This document shows, piece by piece, positions 13,540 through 25,686 of a stretch of DNA of 64,000 bases. The stretch lies in contig NC_043002.1 of the NCBI RefSeq assembly GCF_006345805.1, positions 41,416,001 to 41,480,000 on the forward strand, read 5' to 3'. This DNA is from Octopus sinensis (Eukaryota). Position 1 is the stretch's first letter; each line of letters opens with the position of its first letter. The notes beneath the pieces are model-generated. The model was not told where the DNA came from. It did no database searches and saw only the letters and a list, made by a program, of their open reading frames with translations. The translations under genes were made by a program, and so were the position numbers.

Positions 13540-13733
13540 ACAAGGGAGGTAACCACTCCATGACCATCTCTAGAATCACCAGACTAGATCTAGTTTCACC
13601 TATTCTGTTGGCATCATAAGTTGTGAATGTTAAACTGCCTGAGCAGTCACTGCTAACAATGCCTAATGAACAGGCAAAGCTGGATCTAGTTTGGTGATTC
13701 TAGAGATGATCATAGGTTGGTTACCTTCCTTGT
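13540..13733. repeat. Fold-back inverted repeat, 75-bp arms (13540-13614 / 13659-13733)
   Basis: Manual alignment of the left arm to the reverse complement of the right arm gives about 61/75 identity. Confidence 0.9.
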
Positions 13734-13875
13734 CAGTATGTGTATATCTTACACTCTTCTTACAACACTAAGAGTTGTTTAACTCTTATTCCTAGCAATG
13801 TTAGGTGCTTTGGCACCCTTAGTGACAATTAAATAATTCCTTTATGGTATTACATTGAACCTAGATGTTATATTA

Positions 13876-13910
<35 letters not shown>

Positions 13911-13913
<3 letters not shown>

Positions 13914-15615
13914 GTAAAAGAGGACAACAACCGCCAAAGCATAACGAGCATCTCAAGTAATATACATTATTTTATATTATTCTTAAATTAGTTGATGTCT
14001 TACAGCTATTTCTGGGATATCTCAAGTTATAGGTGAGTATGCCTGACTATGGGGTATTCCATCATCGGAGAGAAGTAGAGAACGTATGAAAGATCTAGAC
14101 ATAGAAAATTTGCAGATAATAAGCAATGAAATAAAAGAGTAGAGAGTAAGGAAATTAAGTTCACAGTCCATTTTTCGGAGGATATGGATGTTAACCCGTA
14201 TGTCCTCAGGTAAAATCCAAGGTAAATCCAGGCAGTATTCTGGCAAAGTATGAGTAGTGTTTTCACAGCATAAATACCCAGGAAATATGTTGGCAGAATT
14301 GGGAATGGTGTGTTCATATTGAGATGGCTGGTTTGTGAGAGAATGACCATAAAAGTGGCTATTGAGCAAAATGGAGGGAGAAAGAGAAGTTAATGAGAAG
14401 AGAGAAATTGGGTAGCTTAGGTGGGGATAGAGAGAAGAGGAAGGTAAGAGACAGGATATTAGTAAGGATTGGTTAGGAGAATCAAAATAAAGAAATATAA
14501 AAATATAGAGTTAAAAATATAAAAATTATAATAAAAATTTTTTAATAAAATATAAAAAGCAGAAATAAAAATAAGAATAAATTGTAAAATAAGGGTACAG
14601 CTAAAAGAAGAAAGGAGGAAGATAATGGAAGATAAAAAAAAAGAGATCAAGGAGAATAGGAAAAGAAATAAAGATAATAATAGGTAAGATAGATGCCAGC
14701 ACTATTCCTCAAGTTTAGGGTTGGGGTAAGGTCAAGCAGTAAATATTTGTGTCTGTTGAATAGATGAAGTCCTAGATGATTATGGTCAGTAGCTATAGAT
14801 ATATTCCTATCTATGGGGGTTTGAATATATTAAAGGATGAATGGAAAAGCAGGCATGAATGGAGAAACCAGTTTAATAATTAATTGTTTAGGAATAACAG
14901 TTATGATTTAAGATTTGGAGATCTAAGAGGTTAAGGTTTAAAGTTTAGAAGATTAAATTAAAAACTGCAGGTTAATGTAAAGAATGAACAGTTATCTTCT
15001 AAGGTACTAATGTTGATGGAGAAGATAATGAAATTATGGAGAAGATAATGAAAATGATAAACATAGGTATATTTTAAAGACCCTGGGAATATACAAGTAA
15101 GCGTTGTGTGAGGGATAAGTTTATACTTGGACTTACGGAAAAATTTGAACTTGCAGAAAAATTTGTGTTTACAAGTTGTGAAAGCTTCGTTTTGTTTGTT
15201 GAGTAATTGTGGTGAGTTATGAGTTAATATCTGGAGGGCCTCCTTTAGGTAGAGTCCAGATGTAGAGCACTGGCCCTGATATCTATTATGGCCCAGGATA
15301 TCCTATATTGTATTTTCCTATTAAATAGATGGTGTATGTGGCTGGCTAAGGATGTGGAGTTGCTGTGCTCTTTATATTTAAATGTGTTTAAATGTGCAGT
15401 ATATCTTTGCTTGAAATTAATGGTAGATCCGATGTAGTAGCTAGAGGAATTGTTTAATAAGTTGTGGATGGTACATTTGTATACCACGATGAACCTTCTG
15501 CAACAAGCTTGCAGTTGCAACTATCTGTTCTAAGTTGATTAGTTGGAGAGAGGTATGAAGTCGTGCTATTTGTGTACATGTTGAAGGCTAGGGTTGTATT
15601 AGGTGATAGGCTCAT
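13911..15615 (-). mobile_element. Penelope-like element, 3' part with GIY-YIG endonuclease remnant
   Basis: Minus frames: SCNCK...VVYKCTIH...YYIGSTINFKQRYTAHLNTF...STSLASHIHHL...ISWAII, then LKEALQILTHNSPQLLNKQNE..TCKH. This is a PLE-type GIY-YIG C-terminus with frameshifts. A degenerate hammerhead lies downstream. Confidence 0.85.
13998..14071 (-). ncRNA. Degenerate type I hammerhead ribozyme (U4 to C)
   Basis: TCT-CCGATGA-TGGAATA...TATCCCA-GAAA-TAGCTG-T-A-AGA: helix I 3 bp, helix II 6/7, near-palindromic helix III. Confidence 0.6.
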
Positions 15616-15729
15616 ATTATTGTTGTTGTTATCATTATTGCTGTTATATACATACATGCATACATACATACATATATATATATACATATACATACATATA
15701 TATATATATACATATACATATACACACAT

Positions 15730-15782
<53 letters not shown>

Positions 15783-15799
15783 CACACATACATATATAT

Positions 15800-16130
15800 A
15801 TATTCATACATTCAAAGCTATAATGGAAGTGACAAAAGAGTATATTTGGCATATTTTGCTTTATGAGTTCAATAAAGGCAACAACACAACAGAATGTGCA
15901 AGGAATATTAATGCAGTAAATGAGGTCAGAACAGTACTGGAGGAGTATTTTTCGTCATGGACAAGTGAATTTTGAAAGCGGGGCCTTGCAAGTTTACCAG
16001 ATAGATGGAAGAGCATTGTAAAAAATGAAGGAAAGTATATTTTAGATTAAAGAAGAACTTTGTTTATATTAATTTTGAAAAATAAAAGAAGTATAAAAAT
16101 ACCACATTATTCATGGGATGACCCAAAACA
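15800..16130 (+). mobile_element. Internally deleted mariner element
   Basis: 15823-16050 reads MEVTKEYIWHILLYEFNKGNNTTECARNINAV fused to NEVRTVLEEYFSSWTSEF*KRGLASLPDRWKSIVKNEGKYILD*, i.e. mariner N- and C-termini; TIR-like end near 16105-16130. Confidence 0.85.
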
Positions 16131-16147
16131 TATATACACACACACGT

Positions 16148-16470
16148 CTGAAGGAATGTGGCTTAGTGATTAGGGTATTAAGCTCATAATTGAAAGATCA
16201 TAAGTTCAATTCCTAGTGATGCATTTTGTCCTTGAGCAAGACACTTTATTTCGCATTGCTTCAGTTCACTCATCTGGCAAAAATGAGTAGTACCTGTAAT
16301 TCAAAGGGCCAGCCTACCACATTCTGTGTCACACTGAACCTCCCTGAGAACTATGTTGAGAGTACACATGTCTGAGGAATACTCAACCACTTGCACATTA
16401 ATTCACAAGCAGGCTGTTCTGTTGATTGGATAAACTGAAACCCTCGTCATCCTAACCGACAGAGTACCAG
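16148..16470 (+). mobile_element. SINE family C copy
   Basis: Colinear with 9478-9790. Confidence 0.8.
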
Positions 16471-17393
16471 TTTTTTTTTTTATATATATATTTATACGTC
16501 TGCTTTCACTTCCGGCATTGAACTTGTTGGTCTTCCTCAGTCTCAGATTGGTGCTTTCTAATGTCTCATATTATTTACATTCAAATATCTAGCCTTTAAT
16601 TTGTTATTCATAAATACACATTCAGTTTTTTAAAGTCATGTGACACATGCACACTGATTTTTCAATTTGTATGGACACATTTGTTCCACACACACACACA
16701 CACACTCTCTCTCTCTCTCTCCCTCTTCCAACTGCCTCCTTTCCCTCTCCTCAATCCCTTTTTTCTCTCCCTTCTCTCTCTCTCTCTTGTTGTTCTCCTT
16801 TCTCTCTCTCCTTTCTTCACTTCCCCCTTTCAATGATGCATTCATTTACTGACATACACTCATTCATTCACACACTCCTACATAGATATTTATATTTACA
16901 CATACATACTCTTTCATTTGCACATCCACATGCCTCTTCCTCTCACTCTCTTTCCCTCTCTCTCACTCTCTCTCTCTCTCCCTCTCTCTCATACACATAC
17001 TCACTCATTCACAATACCTTAAAATGCAGGCAAATTAACAAACACAGATATTGCATATACACTCTAAAACACCTTTTTCATAAACACACACACAGCCACT
17101 CACTCATTTTCTCACCCATGGATGCATATACTTTCACATACATTCACACACACATACAGATACATATATTTAGAAGTATACACATACATGCATACATACA
17201 CATTAACACATACATGTATGTGTGTGTGTGTGAACTCACTCTCTTGTATAGTTGTAAATGTCTTATGGATATTTTCTCTCCACCCAACAAATACAATACA
17301 TATGTATGTGCTCACACACACACACACACACACATGCACACACACTCTTTCTCTCTCTCTCTCTCTTTCACTCTGTCTCTCTCTGTGTCTATG

Positions 17394-17441
<48 letters not shown>

Positions 17442-17724
17442 GCACACACAGACACAACACACACACACACATATGCATGAAGAATTTATTTTCTGAATTT
17501 AGAAGCCTTAGGAGGTATTTCCTAAGTTAGATTCTGTTAATAAGTCATGAGCGTAATTAATTTGTTAAAAATAATTAAAATATTACCATCTTCTATTTTT
17601 ATTACACTTAACTCAGTTTTCTTTTTTTTCTCTGGGGTAACATATTGAAAATAAATAAAAGAATCAAAGAATTAAATTTATCTTACTTATTCAAAAATAA
17701 TGACCACATACATACACGCACATA

Positions 17725-17760
<36 letters not shown>

Positions 17761-17805
17761 TGTATGTATGTATGTATGTATGTATATATATATATGTATG
17801 TATAC

Positions 17806-17838
<33 letters not shown>

Positions 17839-17887
17839 TGTATATGTATGTATATGTATGTGTATATATATATGTATATATATATAT

Positions 17888-18260
17888 ATCATCATCATCA
17901 TCATCATCGTTTAACGTCCGCTTTCCATGCTAGCATGGGTTGGACGGTTCAACAGGGGTCTGGCAAGCCCGAAGGCTGCACCAGGCCAGTCAGATCTGGC
18001 AGTGTTTCTACAGCTGGATGCCCTTCCTAACGCCAACCACTCCGAAAGTGTAGTGGGTGATTTTATGTGCCACCGACACAGGTGCCAGACGAGGCTGGCA
18101 GATGGCCACGCTCGGATGGTGTTTTTTATGTGCCACCGACACAGGTGCCAGACGAGGCTGGCAGACGGCCACGCTCGGATGGTGTTTTCTTATGTGCCAC
18201 CGACACAGGTGCCAGACGAGGCTGGCGAACGGCCACGCTCAGATGGTATTTGTTACGTGT
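17888..18260 (-). mobile_element. RTE 3'-end-derived repeat with three internal 63-64-bp tandem units
   Basis: TATGTGCCACCGACACAGGTGCCAGACGAGGCTGGC starts at 18064, 18127 and 18191. Confidence 0.8.
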
Positions 18261-18479
18261 CCTCAGCATATATATATAAATATATAGTAAATCCATAAAG
18301 ATGAAGAACAAACACAAAAACACAACACAAGGATGTGGTACATGTAAAGCATTAGCAGATGCTCAAGGAAGGAAAGAAAGATGGTTTTACGTTTCGAGCA
18401 AAGCACTTCTTCAGAAACAGGAGACAGGGGAAAGTCCAATGTGTTTGTGTGTGTGTGTATTAGTATATGTGTGTGGGGG

Positions 18480-18674
18480 TGTATACATACATGCATACAT
18501 ATACATACATATACATACATATATATGTGTGTATATATTTATTTATATATATATATATATACACACACAGATATATGTATGTATGTGCATATGTATGTAT
18601 ATATATATGTATATGTATATATGTATGCATTTAAGTATACACACACCATGTATATGTAATATATAATATATATT

Positions 18675-18708
<34 letters not shown>

Positions 18709-19049
18709 GTATAAATGTATATATATATATATATATGTGTATATACTGTATACATATGTATATACATATATGTATATATATATATATATATAGATATATA
18801 TATTATATATATATACATATACATATACATGTGTGTGTATACTTAATGCATACGTATATACATACATATATACTATATATATACATACATATGCACATAC
18901 ATACATATATGTGTATGCATGCATGTGTATATGATCATATATATATACATACACACACCACACCACACACACACACACCATATATATGTATATATATATA
19001 TACATATGTGTGTGTTATATATATATGTATGTATATATGTGTATATATG

Positions 19050-19084
<35 letters not shown>

Positions 19085-19100
19085 ATGTATATATATACTC
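18480..19100. repeat. Compound (TA)n/(CA)n/(TATG)n microsatellite
   Basis: Directly visible; similar large tracts at about 6300-6730, 35030-35570 and 45400-45945. Confidence 0.95.
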
Positions 19101-19524
19101 ATATACACATGCATGAATGCATGCACTCACTTATACATGAGGAGATGTCTCTGATGTGTGTTCAATTAATTCTGAATTTTTTTATTCAGCATTTTCATTG
19201 AAAAATATCTCATGCTTCACTAAATTAATATGCCTATTATGAAGGCCATGTGTATCTATTATCCACTTACATTGGCTCCCGAGTTTGTGTTAATCTTTTC
19301 AAGAAATCCACACCTTACACTTATGGCTGAGTTTTTGAGAAGTTTTCATCTAGCTTCAGGGAGAAAGAATTTTCCATTCACATGTATAATGCATTTGTTC
19401 TGTCCTCTGTTCTCGTTTTGTTAATCTCACGTTGACTCATAGCAGACACACACACACACACACACCACACACACACACACCACACACAACCACCCACACA
19501 CCACAACACACACACACACATACA

Positions 19525-19850
19525 CACACACGGCACTCCATAGGTTGTAATGACTAGTGTTCCAGTTGATCTGATCTGTGGAACAGCCTGCTCGTGAAAT
19601 TAACATGCAAATGGCTGAGCACTCCACAGACACATGTCCCCTTAATGTAGTTCTCAGGAAGAGTCAGCATGACACAGAATGTGACAAGACTGACCCTTGG
19701 AAATACAGGTACTACTCCTTTTTTCCAGCTGAATGGATTGATCAACATGAAATAAATTCTCTTGCTCAAGGACACAACACATCACCAGGAATTGAACTCA
19801 TGTCCTTATGATCATGAGCTGAATACCCTAACCACTAAGCCACATGCCTT
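19525..19850 (-). mobile_element. SINE family C copy
   Basis: Reverse complement of 9478-9790. Confidence 0.8.
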
Positions 19851-20205
19851 TATACACCACACACACACACACACACACACAGAAATATAATAATTCTGCT
19901 TGTCATTATGTTACTTAGCCCATCAGTAACACTTTCATATGATTGGTGAAAAAGTGGGAGAAAGAAAAGAGGGAGAGAGGAAAAGAGTATAAGGCGAAGA
20001 GTGAGGCAGAAAGAGAAAGAAAGGAAATGAGTGAGAGAAAAGATGGAGAGAGAAGTGTCCATGACATGTGGTAGGGGGAATGTGGTTAAAAATGTTAGTT
20101 AAAGGTAGTGATATAGAGGAGCATTAGGAATATAATTTTATCAGAGGGGTGATGTTCTGATGGTGAGATTAAAGAAAGACACAGAGAGAGAAGGAGGTGG
20201 TGTTT

Positions 20206-20409
20206 GTGGTGGTGGCGGTGATGGTGAGTGCATAGTGAAAAGTAATTTTAAAAAATTGAACTAAGTTTTTTTATATCACTTATCACTTAACACATGTGCA
20301 TCCCAAACTTGCCATCCACTTTAGAAAGAAACCAGTTTCTTGTTTAACCATCAGATGCAATAGTGAAAATTACTTTTCACTATGCACTCACCATCACTGC
20401 CACCACCAC
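20206..20409. repeat. Fold-back inverted repeat, 44-bp arms (20206-20249 / 20366-20409)
   Basis: GTGGTGGTGGC(G/A)GTGATGGTGAGTGCATAGTGAAAAGTAATTTT matches its reverse complement at 43/44. Confidence 0.9.
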
Positions 20410-20509
20410 CACCACCACCACTGCCTTCTCTCTCTCTCTCTGTCTTTCTTTAATCTCACCAGCAGAACATCACCCCTCTGCTAAAATTATATTCCTAACG
20501 CTCCTCTAC

Positions 20510-21216
20510 ATCACTACCTTCAATAAATCACAAAGGCAGACATTTGATAAAGTGGAGCTGTTCTTGCTGGAACCTGTATTCGGCCATGCATTCTCAAGGG
20601 CTCGCAAATTATCTGATGTGAGAGTTAAAATTATCAACATTGACAAACAAAGGAGAAGAAGAGGGAGAACTTAAATGAAGAACATTAATCTGCAAAGAAG
20701 TTTTGGATTGAAAGGTGTATGCAAATTGAAATTTGTATTGGCTCTAGCCCATCACCTTGGCTTATAAGTCACCAACGATGTGGTTTCCAGAGTATGTCAT
20801 GTTGCATTAAATTTTTACACCCATGAAATTGTAACTCCTATATTTCACATATAAAGTAATTTTTTTTACTATAAAACTTTTATTTTCTAGATATGAAATT
20901 GTGACCATGTAAATTTTAAAATGTAATTTTTTTTGTTTATGAGAAAAATGGAAAAATAAGAGTGAATATTTATTTTATGAGTGCTTTGTATTAAGTCTAT
21001 AGAATTGTGCATAAAGTATACAACGTGTATATATAAAGTGCATTAAGTAATCATCTTATTCCAGTTTCCTTCACTTTTCAATGAACAGCAGATGAGTAGC
21101 TATCTTTTGATACAGACACAACACAGGCTATAGTTTCAGGTTTTGGGGATAAAATTTTCAGGAATAACCCAATAGGTTTACTATTAATTCCATGAAATAT
21201 TCATGGGTCACGCTAG
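20510..21216 (+). mobile_element. Helitron 3' end with PIF1-like helicase C-terminal remnant
   Basis: ITTFNKSQRQTFDKVELFLLEPVFGH-AFSRARKLSDVRVKII matches TINKSQGQT..VG..L..PVFSHGQLYVAFSR with GQLYV deleted; then frameshifted KNI.CKEVLD* (to 20711); terminal hairpin CCATGAA-ATA-TTCATGG (21190-21206) and CTAG (21213-21216). Confidence 0.8.
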
Positions 21217-21374
21217 AATATATATTTATAAATATCACATTATCATCATCATCATCATCATTTTGATGTCCACTTATCCATACTTGCATGGCTTGAATGG
21301 AATTTGTTGAGAGTGGATTTTCTACTGCTGGATACCCTTCTGGTACTTATTTTATCGATCCCAATAATATCGAT

Positions 21375-21546
21375 CATAATAATAATAATAATAATAATAA
21401 TAGTGATAATAATAATGATAATAATAATAACAATAATAATAACAATAATAATAATAATAATAATGATGATGATGATAATGATAATAATAATAATAATAAT
21501 GATGATAATGATAATAATAATAATAAATAATAATAATATGATAATG

Positions 21547-21596
<50 letters not shown>

Positions 21597-21615
21597 AATA
21601 ATAACGATAATAATA

Positions 21616-21656
<41 letters not shown>

Positions 21657-21738
21657 AATGATAATAATAATGATAATAATAATGATAATAATAATGATAA
21701 TAATAATAATAACAACGATAATAATAACGATAATAATA

Positions 21739-21790
<52 letters not shown>
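21375..21790. repeat. (AAT)n/(GAT)n trinucleotide tract
   Basis: Directly visible. Confidence 0.95.
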
Positions 21791-21792
<2 letters not shown>

Positions 21793-22522
21793 GAACTACT
21801 TTTGTATAAGGGAATTTAAAGTGAAATTCACTCCTGTCTGCATACATATGAAATGAACAGTGAAAGCACTAAAACCACATTCAACTTTTCTGGCCTCTAA
21901 TAATTCTAATTAGCACATCTATATCCATTCATAAATTAGCCAAAACAGAAACTCAGACGAGATAATTGAATTAAATTAAAGTCATTCATACCACATAAAT
22001 ACTTATCACATTCCTCAGACAAATTCATGAATACTTTGCAAAATAACAAATGAACACACAGCATTTTTACTGTGGTTAGGGAGAGCTTTTTTACTGATGT
22101 CCCTATGAAGAAAATCATTAAAGTATAATTAGAGAATGTGTTTGAAACATCATGTAAAAAGAATTTACTGGAATATTTATCCATAGAAAAGACAAAAGAA
22201 TGTGAATCTTTAGCTATATGTAGTTGATAATGGCTTCCCCACATTCATACGCATAGATGCTCGCATACATGCTCACTGCCATTCCAGATACACTCTTGAT
22301 ATTGTGATTGTATTAGCTAATTTGTAATCAATAGGCACAGTCATGGCTGTGTTGTAAGAAGTTTGCTTCCCTATCACATGGTTACAGGTTCAGTCCCACC
22401 TTGGGTATGTTTCTTCCAGTATGATCCAAGGCTGACCAAAACCTTGTGAATGGATTCGATAGATGAAGTAGATATACATGTGTGTGTGTGTGTATAGACG
22501 TACACATATATAAATGATGATG

Positions 22523-22641
<119 letters not shown>

Positions 22642-23008
22642 CACACACACACACATATGAATGATGAGAGTGATAGTGAGAGAGAGAGACACACACATAC
22701 ATGTACATACACACACATATTTGTGTGTGTGTATGTGTGCCATTGTGTTTGTGTTTATGCTCCACCACAGTTTAATAACCAGTGTTGGTTTGTTTACATC
22801 CCCATAACTTAGTGATCCAAAAAAGAGACTAATAGAATAAGTACCAGTCTAAAACAAACAAACAAAAAAAACATTAAATACTATAACAAGTAAAAAATAA
22901 ATGGTAAAAGAACAGACATTGAACTTCATCTATTGCTGTCAAATGTTTTACTTTCTATTCACTTTCAGCTTATAAATCAGAGATTGTTTTGCAGAAAGAT
23001 TAAAATAT

Positions 23009-23352
23009 AACAAGAGCACTCAGAGAGTGCAAACCTCTGCCAAGGCAACACCAACGTCCTCTCAATGATTAGCCAAGAGGATTTTTAAAATGAGAATATC
23101 TGAAATAAACTCGACTGCTCTCACAAATGAGAATATTAAAAATGAACCTAACTGCTCTCAAAAATTAATTTAAAAAACAGGAAAAATAATCCAGAATCCT
23201 TGTCTGATACTGGATCGATCCCAAAATCTAATCAGTTCATGCCAGTCATGAGGCTAAACATACCTGAAAGTTTCATCTGAATCCATCCACCGGTTCTTGA
23301 GATATCTTGTCCATGGACACACGACTGAAAACAATATTGCCGTCTTCACTAT
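23009..23352 (+). mobile_element. Helentron/HINE-like non-autonomous element
   Basis: Starts AACAAGAGCACTCAGAGAGTGCAAACCTCTGCCAAGGC and carries AAAGTTTCATCTGAATCCATCCACCGGTTCTTGAGATATC...GACTGAAAACAATA, resembling recalled HINE/DINE-type termini; 3' hairpin degenerate. Confidence 0.5.
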
Positions 23353-23370
23353 ATATATACTACTACTAAT

Positions 23371-23624
23371 ATAAGGATAAAACTTTATTTTAAAATGTTA
23401 TCAGTGGCCAGCATATGAAAGATACCTTTTAAGGTGAAAATTATAAATACAATTATAAATAAGGGCAAAAGAAAAATTTTCTTTACCAATATGCTGAAAA
23501 ATGGATGCTAAATTGTCTAACCACATAAAATATTTACGTGTGGTGTAGAAATAATATAAGTGAAAATATTTTATGTGATTAGATGATTTAGCATCTATTT
23601 TTCAGCATATTTCCCTTATATATA
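23371..23624 (-). mobile_element. pLTR-type mini-element with tail hairpin and fold-back
   Basis: Tail motif (plus strand GATAA..TTATC-AGTGGCCAGCAT..GATACC) shared with 54.0, 58.6, 61.3 and 61.8 kb; inverted arms 23454-23535 / 23564-23624 ending at TATAAATAAGGG. Confidence 0.65.
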
Positions 23625-23625
23625 A

Positions 23626-23702
<77 letters not shown>

Positions 23703-23715
23703 TAAATATTATTTT

Positions 23716-24108
23716 ATTCTTTTACTTGTTTCAGTCATTTGACTGTGGCCATGTTGGAGCACTGCCTTTAGTCGAACAAATCGAACCCAGGACTAATTCT
23801 TTGTAAGCCTAGTAATTTTTCTGTCGGTCTCTTTTGCTAAACTGCTAAATAATGGGGACGTAAACACACCAACATCGGTTGTCAAGCGATGGTGTGGGGA
23901 TAAACACAGACACACACACAAATATATACACATATATCTATATAAGACAAGCCTTTTTCAGTTTCCGTCTACCCAATCCACTCACAAGGCGTTAGTTGGC
24001 CCAATGCTATAGTAGAAGACACATGCCCAAAGTGCCACACACTGGGGCTGAACCTGGAACCGTGTGGTTGGGAAGCAAGCTTCTTACCACACAGCCACTC
24101 TTGTGCCT
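23716..24108 (-). mobile_element. SINE family A copy
   Basis: Reverse complement of 51037-51443. Confidence 0.85.
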
Positions 24109-24266
24109 ATATATATAGTAAAGTTTATTAGCTAACATCATGTGGCAGTCCTATACAATGACGATGTTACTATTATTTAGCCCCAGGAAAACATCTTTTC
24201 AAGTTGGCTACCAGCACATATATATGCAAAGGGGGACTTCACTCCCATCTCTAGCCTCACGTGATA

Positions 24267-24311
24267 CTCACAGACCTAGGTTTCTGGCTAGTTGCCCATC
24301 CTCAGTGTGAG
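24267..24311 (-). ncRNA. Minimal type I hammerhead ribozyme, canonical core
   Basis: CTCACA-CTGAGGA-TGG-GCAACTAG-CCA-GAAA-CCTAGG-T-C-TGTGAG: 6-bp helix I, 3-bp helix II, palindromic helix III ACCTAGGT, GUC cleavage triplet. Confidence 0.85.
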
Positions 24312-25294
24312 GGAATCACTATCTGGTGATCAAGGCTCTCTCCACTTACAAATACTAAATATTTTTTAAGCGACATACAGTCACTGATCTCATAAAAATA
24401 AGAATATATATATTGTTTATATTTATGTGTTTGTGTCTTTGTGTCAGTGTTTGTCAACCCCACCATCGCTTGACAACTGTTGTTTATGTTCCAGTAACTT
24501 AGTGGTTCAACAAAAGAGACAATAGAATAAGTACTAGTCTTACAAAGAATAAGTCCTGGGGTCAGTTTTCTTGACTAAAACCTTTTAAGGTGGTGCTCCA
24601 GCATGGCCACAGTCAAACAACTGAAGCAAGTAAAAGTATAAAAGGAAGAAAGAATATTTAGGTATTTCATTTGCTTTAATTTAATACAGATGTATGTATG
24701 TGTATGTGTGTATATGTTCGTGCATGTGTATGCGTGTGTGTGTGTGTGTAGATATTTTAATTTTTTACAACTGTTATGCTGGGTTACAGCCTGAATAATT
24801 TAATTGAGCAAGTTGCCACAAGTACATATTTTTTTTCTCTTTGTTGAACTGCTAAGTCATGGGGATGTAAACAAACCAGCACCAGTTGTCAAGTGATGGA
24901 AGTACAAACACAAACACACTGGTAATACTTCTACTGGAACACTCCTACACAAACTCACACACACACACACACACACACAAATACAGACAAAGTAGTTATT
25001 AATCCATGCAAGTAAGTCGAATAGAAAAGAAACAAATGAAGTTGAAAAATCTCAGAGACTGTATAAGGAGATTTATTTGTATTAATATTAATACACGTAT
25101 GATTTTCAAAAGTTTAAGTTTACGAGTCTTCAGAAATGTTGAGCTGGGTTGCAGTGTGTATACACACTCATACTCTTGTGTGTGCGTGTGCACACTCACA
25201 CAAACACACACACATATAAATACACATACATACATGTGTGTATGTGTGCATGTATGAATATATGTGTATTTGTGTGTATGTGTATATATATTCT

Positions 25295-25686
25295 CTCTTT
25301 TTACTTGTTTCAGTCATTTGACTGCGGCCATGCTGGAGCACCGCCTTTAGTCGAGCAAATCGATCCCAGGACTTATTCTTTGTACGCCTAGTACTTATTC
25401 TATTGGTCTCTTTTGCCGAACCACTAAGTTACGGGGACATAAGCACACCAGCATCGGCTGTCAAGCGATGTTGGGGGGGACAAACACAAACACACACACA
25501 CACACATACATATACATTTATACAACGGGCTTCTTTCAGTTTCCGTCTACCAAATCTACTTACAAGGCTTTGTTCGGCTTGAGGCTATAGTAGAAGACAC
25601 TTGCCCAAGGTGCCACGCAGTGGGACTGAACCCAGACCCATGAGGTTGGTAAGCAAGCTACTTACCACACAGCCACTCCTGCGCCT
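25295..25686 (-). mobile_element. SINE family A copy
   Basis: Reverse complement of 51037-51443. Confidence 0.85.

Noticed and set aside
14160-14215. Second CTGAGGA...GAAA on minus within the PLE
   Set aside because: Helix II cannot close in register and there is no helix III.
16495-16570. CpG-containing unique segment with minus-strand CTGAGGA...GAAA and short open frames
   Set aside because: No helix II pairing and no convincing splice pair or recognisable peptide.
18061-18250. Regular repeats (also 59821-60295) considered as a CRISPR-like array
   Set aside because: Head-to-tail units without unique spacers, eukaryotic context, no cas genes.
21304-21847. 171-aa poly-I/M and 157-aa poly-L ORFs
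   Set aside because: (AAT)n/(GAT)n translations.
21917-22025. About 105-bp sequence repeated at 27458-27562
   Set aside because: A real duplicate, but probably a fragment of a dispersed repeat; I could not assign family or function.
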